Assembly (NCBI GenBank): GCA_046563655.1
Contig: CM102286.1
Location: 4,340,001 to 4,404,000, forward strand
From: Yuukianura sp. NJ FZ-2021
Taxonomy: Eukaryota
Direction of reading: 5' to 3'
Length of the DNA stretch: 64,000 nucleotides
Shown in pieces: positions 14,501 through 25,300 of the stretch. A program made the position numbers and the translations under genes. The notes beneath the pieces were generated by a model that saw only the letters and a program-made list of their open reading frames with translations, searched no databases and was not told where the DNA came from. Positions within the stretch are counted from its first letter, which is position 1, and the number at the start of each line of letters is the position of its first letter.

Positions 14501-16744
14501 AAATCTACGACAAAGTAAAAAAAAATTCTTATAAAAAACATTCTTGGAAAACTTGCGTTGAAATTAAAGAAAAAGTATTTGCATAAGCTCAAAGCTGGAA
14601 ATTACTTTCACAGTAGAAAGTCTACGCATGAGGAGATTCAGAAAAGGAATTAGAATTTCAATTAGAACGCACTTGTTTTTAAATTTTGAAGGACAAAAGA
14701 AGACTTTTGAAGGACGCTTAAAAACAATAGGCAAAGACAAAAATTAAAGAACTTTCTCCACTTAGAAATCTTTCACGTCTCTTCACTAAAGAACAGTAGA
14801 AACTCAATTATCATGTCAAGAGCCTAGTAAGCATCACAGCAAAAGTTTTTGAAGTTTTGTTTTCAGCTTTTCAAGTTTCGTCTTTCACTAATTCTAAACA
14901 AATTCTACTTTAACCTAGATTGTCATTGACATACTTTCAAGTGTTAGAGAGTTTGCGCAAAAAAAGTACAAATAAAATGAAGACGCACAAATATAAAAAT
15001 CTAAAGCTTCTCATGACATGGAGTTCCTATACTGTTGATACTTATGGTCAAAACTTTTTTCCTGCCAAAAAAAAAAGAAAGTTATAAAATTGTATTCTTT
15101 ATGATTACTACCACTTCACTTTCCTGTCCAAGTCCAAATGCTCTCCCTTCCCTACTAAGTTAGTTGCAAATTGAAGTTCTAATAGGATACGAATGGGTTT
15201 CTAGAGGAAGGCGGGAGAAAAAAGTTTTTCAATTCATTTGAAACTGACTTTCACTTGAAGTGTTATGGGCTCCTTACTACCACTGCTATCCTAAACTTTC
15301 AAAAAACTTATATTTCCTCTATTGAATCTTTAATGTTTTGTGGAGGGGCAAACTCACCAATATTTTCTCAGATCTTTTTTTGTGCGAAAACTTCCATTTT
15401 ATACTGTGAAACTGAGACTTCTGAAATTTTGTGTTCATTTTTCTTTAAAAACTTTTTTTTAAAGTTTCCTGCCCTTTACTACGGACAATTAAACATCAAA
15501 GTTACATATCCAAGTAGCGCTCATTTTCTTTTCCAATTTTGTTCCCAGAAACCATTGCTTTCTCTGGAAGGGAGACACTTTATTTTTTTGGGAAATCTCT
15601 AAAAAGCCAAAGTTTCTTTACTTTTTCCAATTTTATTTCCTGTGTTACTTTAAAGGCGGAGTGTAACAGAGTGAGAGAAAGTTACGTTTATGTCCCTCTT
15701 TACTCTACTTGAGTTTCATTGCCTAACATTACAATTTCGACTTTCTCTGTTGGGTTATTGGAAGTCAGAGGAAATTTTTGTAAAGGTTCACAACGATAGT
15801 TTCCAAGTTCCGTTTCCAATTTATTGTGACAAAAGAGATTTTTAACCCCGAGAATCAGTCCATTTCAACAACGAAACATTCCGCATTTGACAAATATTGG
15901 TGTCAGTCTCCCAAAAGTTGTGGCAGCCCTGGTCAAACTACATTCGACTCAAAGTAAACTTGCTTTTCGGTAATACCGTAAAAGTTCTCATAAAATCCCA
16001 AGTCATTACATTTTTTCTTGTATCTGCTAAACTTTTGGCAGTATTAATAAATTTGAAACAAGTTACAGTGAAAGTAAATTGCGGCGGCGAAAATACCATA
16101 AAATTTGACAAAACTTTGCAGGGTTCTACTTGTGTTTTGGAGTTGACAGTAGTTACTTCAAACTAGATACCATAACGGCGTTTTAGAAATTTTACGGTAG
16201 TCCGTTTTTACACAAAAAGTTGGAAAAGCATAAAAGCAGGCTTCTTCCGTGTGACTAGTTTCAAAATTTTGACATTTTGCGAACGTCAGTAAAAACGGGA
16301 GTTTTTGAAACCTTAGGCTCAGGTCGTGCTTTTCCAGGAAACGGGGTCCAGTGTTTGTTATGTTGCTAGCGTTAGTACTGCGCATGATATGTTTATTCCT
16401 ACTTGTACTTTTTTTCAGAAACAAAATTGCAAACACAGCTTGGAAAAGGGAAGAAATAAATGTGAATATGTCTGGAAAAGTTTTCGTTACAAGCGACTAC
16501 AAGGAAAAAAACTTTATTTTTGCAATATTCGTAACTTTTCTATTTCATGATGAGAAAATTATATGGCCAGAAAATCTACACCAGCGGGGGAATTTAGGTT
16601 CTTATTTCGACAGAGTGCAAAAAGTTCAACTTTTGCAATTCACTTCCGCTTAGAAAGCAATATTCCGAAAAATATCCAACAAAATTTCTCTTCCGAAAAA
16701 AAGAAAGACGTCCATGTTTAAAACTATTGTTATTATCGTAGCAG

Positions 16745-17013
16745 GTGAATTGGTCAGAATAATTTGGTCAAAAGTGAAATGATCAGAGGTGAAAAGGTCA
16801 GAAGTGAAAAGGTCAAAAAGTGAAAAGATCAGAATTGAAATGGTCAGAATCTAAAATGATCAGAAGGCAAAAAGATCAGAAAGTGAAATGGTCAGAAAGT
16901 GAAAAGGTCAGAACTGAAATGATCAAAAAGTGAAAAGATCAGAAAGTGAAAAGGTCAGAAAGTGAAATGGTCAGAATCTGAAAAGATCAGAAAGTAAAAA
17001 GGTCAGAAAGTGA
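16745..17013 (+). repeat. Left inverted repeat of the MULE, built from ~15-16-bp tandem units (G[G/A]TCAGAAAGTGAAA[A/T])
   Basis: Tandem array read directly; reverse complement of the array at 19664-19929. Confidence 0.95.
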
Positions 17014-17195
17014 ACTGGGTTCTGGCGCTATATTTATTATTTTGAAAATTAGTATTCTAACATGTTTGTAGTGATTTTAAGATTCGTTTTAAAACTTACG
17101 ATTAGTAAGTACATAGTAGGAGAGACAGATATGAAATTGGCAAAGGGAACAAATTGTGTACAAAGTAACTGTGTTGAGCACAGTTCTTATCAATG

Positions 17196-17271
17196 GCCTG
17201 TTTGGTGTAGTGGACAGTGCTGTGTGCTCAATTACGAGCGGCCGAGGGTTCGACCCTTAGTTCGATGGGCA
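17196..17271 (+). ncRNA. tRNA-like (pseudo-tRNA / SINE-head-like) Pol III unit inside the MULE
   Basis: A-box TGGTGTAGTGG 17203-17213; B-box GGTTCGACCC 17247-17256; 5' GCCTGTT can pair with 3' GATGGGC (several G-U pairs); T7 run at 17275-17281. Anticodon arm is not canonical. Confidence 0.55.
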
Positions 17272-17778
17272 AAATTTTTTTCTCTTTATTTCATTCAAAA
17301 TTCAAAACGATTTTTAAAAAAACTAAACTAACGTCAAACAAAATTTAAAAAATAAAAAAGGAACGTAAGAATATGGCCCACAATTTTTTTAAAAATGCAA
17401 TAAAATCGATAAAAAATTTTTTTGTTTCCCAGGAGAATCGAACCCAAGAACAAAGGAAGTTGAACTGCGAACTTAACAATTTTTTTATTAATTCCAAAGG
17501 TGAGAAAATATTAGTGGTGGACCACGCAAAACATAGTTGCTGTTCCAACATAAGGCGGAACTAATCGATCCGGAATCGATACTCTCCAAATGAACACATG
17601 AAACCTAATTAGCCATTAATTCGAATTTGAGATTTAACTAGTACCTAATATTTCGCAAAATCAGTATTTCAAACAACTTATCCATCTAAAAAAACTAAAC
17701 GAGTGATCGAATTTTCAAAAACTATTTAACAATTTAAAAAAAAAATAACAAAGATCTTAAACTAAAACTAAGTACTGC

Positions 17779-19200
17779 CTAATTATAAAATCCGATGTTT
17801 TGAGAAATTCCAAGAAGATAGTCAGAAACCGGAAGTTCGTCATACTTTTCGACAATGTTCATCAATCTAAGTTCCAAATCCCTGTATTTCTTCCGTGGTG
17901 GTGCAGCACCAGCGCCAGCATTAAGTTGGTTGAGCGTCATTTCCGTAAAACTCTGTTCCTCTTTCAATTTGTCGACAAATTTCCAAATTGTTGGGTGGGA
18001 CATTCCAAGAAGAGTATTAAAGCGTCGGTTCCAGCCTTCAACCGAGTTGTTGGTCCTGGCGTTGCGGACAACGGTAGCTTGAAAGCAGTTCCATAGTGAA
18101 TGTTGAAACATAGGGGGTCGCCATCTTCCCCGTCTACGACAGCCAATCCAAGTTTCCTCGAAATAATCCAGTAAAGGTCGAAGTAGGTCATCGTTGTCCT
18201 CGAAAAACGGAGTGTTCAAAATAACGTCGAAGGACTGTCGGACGGCTTCTACTGGAACAAAAGCTAGAGCGGGCAGTTGTCTGAGATGAAGGGCAAAATC
18301 GGCATCGTTGTTGTATTTATGCAAAATATCTGGAAGCTGCTGGATGTGCCTCCAGATACATTGCGAGAAATGAAAAAAACATCCACGTTTCTCAGCATTT
18401 GGGAAGACACTGTCGAAAGAGTTTAAGCAGCCAACTTCAAAATCCGTCAAAATCGATGTCGGGTTGAAGTTTATCCCTGCAGTCACGGAGAGGTTGTTCA
18501 TTGCCGTCAAAAATCTGGTGTAAGTATCTTCCTGTTTGTTCGGTAAAAGGCCATAGACGAGAGGTAGTGTCTTCTTAGATATGACTCCGTGGACGGTGAA
18601 CACTTGTTTGAACAAAGGTGGAGAGCTTTTGAAAGTCCCGTCCGCGTACCAGTGGTTGCTCTGATTAAGAGCTTTTAAGTTTTCATGGGTTGAGAACAAC
18701 AAGATTCTGTCATTACCAGGGCCAGAGTCGAAAAGCAAGAACGCAGCGTCAGTCAAGGTTCTGGTAAAACGATTCGGCAAGATCAATTCCGTTAGGTCTT
18801 TCGGATTAGCCGGAGCTGAGGTAGCCACACGACGAGTACGATTAATCGTGTTTGAGAGCATCGATGAAGATGGAAAGACTGCTGCCACTGCTTTCGACAT
18901 TCCAGTAGTTGTCGCTGCGATGATTTGAGACGGAAGCGCAGGTGTGTTCCGTGCCGTTTCTTTTACGGAGTTGACCAATTTTATTTTTTCCAATGAGGCA
19001 GCATCAGCGGGGTGATTGTGAGCCTCGGTTTCCGATTTGACCTCGTCGTTTGCGGTAACACACTTTGCTGGACAACTTTGCTTGTGTTCCGTACATCGCC
19101 AGTACACAGAATCCTTATAGCCTCCGGCTTTATAAAAAGTGAATCCATTTTGTAGCAGAATCTGTTTCCCTTTCTGTGATTCCACGAATTCTAGTGGCAT
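17779..19200 (-). CDS. MULE transposase with N-terminal FLYWCH zinc finger (473 aa, intronless)
   Basis: FLYWCH motif GFTFY...YWRC..C...HNHP; DDE triad WYADGTF / ILTDFE / RTNNSVEGWN; CxxH motif GCFFHFSQC. Confidence 0.95.
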   Translation of the reverse strand: MPLEFVESQKGKQILLQNGFTFYKAGGYKDSVYWRCTEHKQSCPAKCVTANDEVKSETEAHNHPADAASLEKIKLVNSVKETARNTPALPSQIIAATTTGMSKAVAAVFPSSSMLSNTINRTRRVATSAPANPKDLTELILPNRFTRTLTDAAFLLFDSGPGNDRILLFSTHENLKALNQSNHWYADGTFKSSPPLFKQVFTVHGVISKKTLPLVYGLLPNKQEDTYTRFLTAMNNLSVTAGINFNPTSILTDFEVGCLNSFDSVFPNAEKRGCFFHFSQCIWRHIQQLPDILHKYNNDADFALHLRQLPALAFVPVEAVRQSFDVILNTPFFEDNDDLLRPLLDYFEETWIGCRRRGRWRPPMFQHSLWNCFQATVVRNARTNNSVEGWNRRFNTLLGMSHPTIWKFVDKLKEEQSFTEMTLNQLNAGAGAAPPRKKYRDLELRLMNIVEKYDELPVSDYLLGISQNIGFYN

Positions 19201-19663
19201 TGTTACTGCAAATTACAAAACCACTTTAGAAAGGACTATAGAATTTACATTTGGAATGTCTGAATGTATGAATTAAAATTGTTTGCTTACAGTTAGTGGA
19301 ACGAACCCGCTTCCGACACAGCCACGATGTATACGAGTATACGAAAACAAACGATTTAGAAAACCAGTATTAGTGTGCCGAATTAAAACAATTTCAAACT
19401 TATTTTCAAAATTCAGTTTGTTTTTTCACCAGGTTTTAATTTTGTTTTACGAAGTGATTTTGAATTAGAAATGTTAGCGGTTTTTTTTTATTCTTTTTCT
19501 GAAAATCCATAAATCAATCAGTAACGGTGAGACAAGTCACAACATCATTCTGTCAAAATCAAGATTTATTTCCAGACCACAAATTCCAAAAGCAAACGTC
19601 GCTACTGCTGCTAAAATAAACTAAACTATAATTTATGATCTTTGTATAGTTATGATCTTTCAA

Positions 19664-19929
19664 GATTCTGACCATTTCACTTTCTGATCTTTTCAGATTC
19701 TGACCATTTCACTTTCTGACCTTTTCACTTTCTGATCTTTTCACTTTTTGATCATTTCAGTTCTGACCTTTTCACTTTCTGACCATTTCACTTTCTGATC
19801 TTTTTGCCTTCTGATCATTTTAGATTCTGACCATTTCAATTCTGATCTTTTCACTTTTTGACCTTTTCACTTCTGACCTTTTCACCTCTGATCATTTCAC
19901 TTTTGACCAAATTATTCTGACCAATTCAC
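19664..19929 (-). repeat. Right inverted repeat of the MULE (tandem 15-16-bp units)
   Basis: Reverse complement of the left array. Confidence 0.95.
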
Positions 19930-20680
19930 ATGGACTCGTTATTATTACGTCGCATTACTTATGAAGTAAAGAAAAAGTTTGTGATGATGTTTCCAAATGC
20001 AAAGAGATATCCAAAGGAGACTGCAGTATGTGTAAAATAAAATGCATAAAAAGAAGAGGTTCCCAGTTGGCGGGAAAAAGTTGAGCAAGAGAAAATGAGG
20101 CATTTAAGTTTCTGTGTCGTTTCATTTCGTCCTGGTTGTGTGTTCAAATGACTCGCAAAGGCAACGGATTCCGAGGGTTCCGTTTCCTTTCATTTACTTT
20201 TTAGAACCTTCGTCTGCTGAGGCCTGAAACTTCTCACAAGTTGCTGGTTGAAAAGACACTTGAAATAAACTGGTTCATCAACTTTCTTTTCATTGACATT
20301 GGCTCTCAGCAATTTCTTTTTAAAAGCCACGGGCTGCGGAGGTTTTTAAAAGAGGAAGAAGCGGGAAAAGTAAACGGCTTTACACTTTCTTTCTCCTTTG
20401 ATTAAAAAAATATCTCATGAAAACAGCAGAGGCTTCCAATTGAAGACTCAATGGAAACAATTACACGCTGACTTTCACTTAAGAAGATTCCTGATGCTAC
20501 TCGAAGTTGTGTACCAAAAAACTGCAAAAACTTTCTCCTTATTTTTCGAAAAGTAAAAACCGAAAAAATACCGGCGTGTCGAAAAGCCAACAACAGTAAA
20601 CATCGAGAGGTCACTTCAAAACTGGAATTCCAAGGCCATGTATGTAATTTTCTAGAACGAAATTTCCCAAATGTTTTATG

Positions 20681-20720
20681 ACTCACCTGTAAAACACAAA
20701 AATAATAGTTTAATTAGTAT
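20681..20720 (-). promoter_or_regulatory. Candidate recursive splice site (ratchet point; zero-length exon AG|GT)
   Basis: Minus strand reads ATACTAATTAAACTATTATTTTTGTGTTTTACAG|GTGAGT: branch-like CTAAT, AG-free T-rich tract, CAG, then a consensus donor immediately after. Confidence 0.6.
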
Positions 20721-21731
20721 TTGTTTTTGTTCTTTTTTTGTTTTTTATGTTTCACAAAATAAAATTCAAAATACAATTTATAACTTTTTTCAGTGCCAAC
20801 CTCTCTTAAACTAGTACATATATCCTCTCAATTTGTTTTCTTTAACTATGAAGTACTATTTTAGTATACTAAAATTGTGGTGAGGATGTTTTTCAATTCT
20901 GACATAATTACACAGCTTTTGTCTCCGTCTCTCAACTATTTAACAAATTCCCAATTGTTAATTTTCGGAAAAGCTTAATTAGCCGGAAGATTGATGCAAA
21001 CGTTCACCAATCTTGAGTCCCGAGTCAGACAAAGTCAAAGCATTCGAGTCAGCATACTACAACATGACCATTAATTTCAAAATAGTCGAACATGATTAAT
21101 GTGCACCTTTGCATTGTTCTAAAATTCCAGAACCTTTTTCAAAAACTGCTAAGCTCATCTTCTCTTCCGCACAAAAAAGGACGACATTCTTCCAGCAGAG
21201 TTTTTGCAAAAAGCTATTACAACGCTTTCGCTATAATTTTGCCCCGACTGAACGGAAACATTGCCGGCCGCTTTGTGTTGAACAAAATTATTTTTAGTCT
21301 CTAAAACAGAGTTTGTATTTACATGCAGCGGAATGCTTCGTTATGATTTATTTTTTTATAATTTTATACTTTAGATAGAAAGAGTTGCGATGAGTCAGTG
21401 GCGACTAGCACTGGTCCAGTCAGTGTCCACAAACGTACCACCTTCCTAATGAATAATGATGGATCATTTATCTTCAGCTAAATTTAGATGGAAGTTAGGG
21501 TGGACAGAAAACAATCAGGAAGATGAATAAGGTACATCCGTCACGCATAAAAAAGTTGTTTAAAAGAACCTACCTAAACTACATATCTACTGCCGTGACT
21601 TCATCACAAACGTTCACGTATACATTTAAAAACGAAATTTTTCTTTATGGACGTTGAGATTCTAAACCAATGTAAAATTGTATTCCGAGAACTGAATCTT
21701 GGGCTGGACATGAAGCAATTATGAAATATAC

Positions 21732-22296
21732 TGTTGAGGAATCAAGTGGAGATCCACAATCTCCCTTCCTCTTTGTATGACCTCCACTTTAGGTTAAGTG
21801 AGTACACTTGTACTCATAGCGGTCTTCCGACTCCACTTGTCACCTTGAGAGAGGACGAAGTGTCAACCTCACCGGAGGTGACGTGGCCATTCTCAAGGAG
21901 ATGAGTGGAGGCGGAATCGCCTAAAATCCTAGTTTAGTTTCAAGTTAAGTCTAAGTTGTCATCCAGCACTCGCTGCGATACCTTCCTCTCTTCTCTTGCT
22001 CACTCGAGCCAATTGTTGTTTTTCTCCAGTAGTGGTCACTTGACCCTACTATTGTTCTAAAGTCTCTCTCCAGCACTCGCTGTAATAGTTTCTCTCTCCT
22101 TTTGCTCACTCGAGCCAAAGTAATTGTTTATACTAATAGTGGTCACTTGACCCTATTATTGTTCTAAGTGTTCCCCACTCGGGTCAAGTGTAAGTTTGCC
22201 TTGTATTGTGCCCTCCTCCTTGGAAAGTGTGCTACAATAAAGGAAATCTCAAATCATCCAGTTTTTGCACATCACTACATTCATCCACCCATTTCA
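21732..22296 (+). repeat. 5' LTR (565 bp)
   Basis: Direct repeat of 26456-27021; the only difference seen by eye is one extra C in the 3' LTR (~26710); AATAAA near the 3' end. Confidence 0.97.
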
Positions 22297-22297
22297 T

Positions 22298-22309
22298 TGG
22301 CGCCCAACG
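22298..22309 (+). promoter_or_regulatory. Primer-binding site, probably tRNA-Lys(CUU)
   Basis: TGGCGCCCAACG lies 1 nt after the 5' LTR and is complementary to the 3' end of eukaryotic tRNA-Lys(CUU) (...CGUUGGGCGCCA). Confidence 0.85.
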
Positions 22310-22384
22310 CCGGGAACTCTCCCGAAACTACTTCAAAGGGTGTGAAAGTGTTGTGACATTAACTAAACGTTCGTCAACAGAAAA

Positions 22385-25300
22385 ATGGCGACAGGAAAAC
22401 AATCCACCAGCGGGTCAGGGACATCTGAAGGTCAACTTCAAGAACCACCAGTGCTGTTCGAGTGGGCTCAGTTTGGACTGAAGGCGACCTTTGACCAGAT
22501 CCAGGACTGCTACAACAAGGAGTTCAAGGACTGGAAAAAGGTAATGTCAGTTGACGTCCCACTAAAGGAAATGTTGATCACGGATCTCAAGATTAAGTTT
22601 TCATCCTGGGAAAGAGAGGTTCTTTTGGCCATGTCAGTGATCAGAGACGACGCAGCACTAGCAGATTGCAAATCCACCATCAGTAAAGGTCAGGATATCA
22701 TAACATCTTGCTTCCGTTCATTGTTTGTTGCCAAGAAATCGCTGGAAGACGCTGCCGCCAAGGTAGAAACAGCCGCCAGAGCTTCACTTCCACCAGCATC
22801 CATGAACAATACCAGCGTTTTGAACTCGTCAGTGTCTGGTGCTACAAAAACGCCCTCTGTGAAGTTGCCAAAAGTTGACCTTCCGACCTTTGATGGGAAA
22901 CATGAGGACTGGGTTAGTTTCCGTGACTTGTTCTCCGCTATTGTCGTCAACAACGATGACCTCAGCAGTGTTTTCAAGATGTCGTATCTCAAGTCATCGC
23001 TGAAAGGAGATGCTGCCCTTCAAATCCGAAATTATGCTGTTGCTGAGGGTCAGTTCGAGGAGGCTTGGCAAGAAGTCATCAAACGGTATGAAAATACTCG
23101 CGAAATTGTTCTCTCGTTGATTCGTAGGATTGCTGACGCCAAGTCAGTAACCTCTGACAGTGCCACGTCTCTCCAGCGTCTTATCGACACAGTCACAGAA
23201 GCGTTGAGGTCACTCAAGGTTTTGAAAAGAAAGGTAGACGACTGGGACGACCTTCTTGTCTATGTTATCTTGGAGAAGCTGGACATGGAGACAAGAAAGG
23301 AGTGGGGCAAGGTTCTTCCAGCGGACAACAAGATGCCTAAGTTCAAGGACTTGACGGACTTCTTAGAGGTCAGGATCCGCAGCCTTCAGTCCATCTCTAA
23401 GGTCAACTCTCGTCACTCTGACAACCATCGTGTTCATCATGTGACTGAAGGGACTCCTGCTTCGAAGAACTGTTTGTGTTGTAGCAAGGAAAGGCACCCC
23501 ATCTACAAGTGTCCGGACTTCAATCAGCAAACAATTGCTGATCGTCAGAAGTTCGTGACCCACAAGCGTCTCTGCTACTCTTGTCTTTCGCCAGGGCACT
23601 TCACGAAAGAATGCAATTCTACGTCTCGATGTCGCCAGTGTCAGAAGAAGCATCATACCCTTCTTCATGACACTCAGAGGGGTGAGAACGGCTCTCCGTC
23701 CTACAATACTGCCCCACCTCCAATCACATCTTCATTCGTTCATGGTGGCACTGCATTCCTTCCAGAAGCCTCTTCAGCTCCTGCCACCATCAACTCGGCC
23801 ATCATCAGCGGCTTATCTTCCTCTCGACCTCTGCTGGCTACTGCCATGGTCAAGGCGAAGAACAGGCATGGGACAGATTCCTGGGTTCGTGTCTTTCTGG
23901 ATTCTGGTGCTCAAGGTAACTTGATAAGTGAAGCTTGTGTTCGTCGACTTGGACTTCCTCGGTCAAGGAACGAACCCCATATCTACGGTGTTGGAGACAC
24001 GTACGTTGGCCAGAGCAAGGGAGTGACACCAGTCTCCTTGACTTCACATGATGGAGCTTATCAATTCTCTGTTGCTGCTCTCATCATGCCAAAGGTCACG
24101 ACCCCTCAACCTGACCATCTGTTGGACACATCAACATGGTCCCACCTCAAGGAACTGACATTGGCTGATCCAAACTTCCATACACCTGGAGAAGTGGACA
24201 TGATCCTAGATGTTTCCTGTTTCTTCGCCTTGGTCACGGGACAGAAGATTGACGGCCCTCCAGGAACTCCGTCTGCGCTCAGTACTCGTCTTGGGTGGAT
24301 CATTGGTGGCTCCGTGTCATCTCAATATGCTCAAGTTCATGTCGTTCGAGTTCATCAGGTCTCCCTACTGGACACATTGGACATTGAAGGTGAAGGAGCC
24401 AACTATCCACTGCAAGCAGAGGCACTTCAAACTCACTCCTGTGTAGATGACCTCCAGTATTCCTGTCCTACCATTGAAGAAGCTGATGACGCTCAGAAAG
24501 AGCTCACCGCCTTGTCTGAATCCGCCAAACTTGACCTCCGGAAGTGGTACTCCAACTCAGATGCAGTACAAGAAATCATCCCAACCGAATCAGGGAAATA
24601 TGTTCCATCAGCACTGAATCCAGCCGACTGCGCCTCACGTGGGGTCACAGCGGCAGAACTTCTTGATCATGACATGTGGTGGGACCGACCGCCATGGCTC
24701 AAACTCCACACCACAGCATTGTTCCAGACTCCACAGAAGGAGATCTCAGCCAAGGACTTCGAGGAGAAGAAGCGGAACTCCTTCGTTCCCTCACGACCTC
24801 CGATGTCATTCTTCATTGCCACTCGGCTTTCAAAACTCAAGGTTCGCAATCGTGTTGTCGCCTTTGTGCTCAAATTCGCCAGGAATTCCAGTAAACCAAA
24901 GAGCAAACGATTGACCGGACAACTCACCATTCAAGAATTACGAGGGGCACTGCTCATCATAATTCACCAAGCACAAGGAGAGGCGTACAACTCCGAATTC
25001 TCTCAACTTGGACAACAGAACGGGATCTCGCACTCGAGCATTCTCTTAGCGCTGAATCCATTTGTGGACAAGGAAACTGGGTTACTTCGAGTCGGGGGCA
25101 GACTCCAGCATTCGGTTCTGAGCGACATTACCAAACGTCAGATCATTCTTCCTGCACATCATCACGTGAAAAAGCTCATTGTCGAAAATCTCCACTCGGA
25201 TTTACTTCATGCTGGTTTTCAACTACTTTGGGCCGAGCTGCGCAGGAAGTACTGGATTCCTCGTGCTCGAAATGTCGTTCGTACCATCCTCCGAAGATGC

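Larger units (their letters stand above)
16737..19937 (-). mobile_element. Mutator-like (MULE) DNA transposon, FLYWCH/Phantom-like, with foldback-type sub-terminal inverted repeats; apparently autonomous
   Basis: 8-bp direct repeat GTTATTAT at 16729-16736 and 19938-19945 (TSD); ~250-bp inverted repeats at 16745-16995 and 19679-19929; intact internal transposase ORF. Confidence 0.95.

Noticed and set aside
16745..17013. Tandem short repeats as a CRISPR array
   Set aside because: No unique spacers, mirrored at 19664-19929, eukaryotic context; these are transposon inverted repeats.
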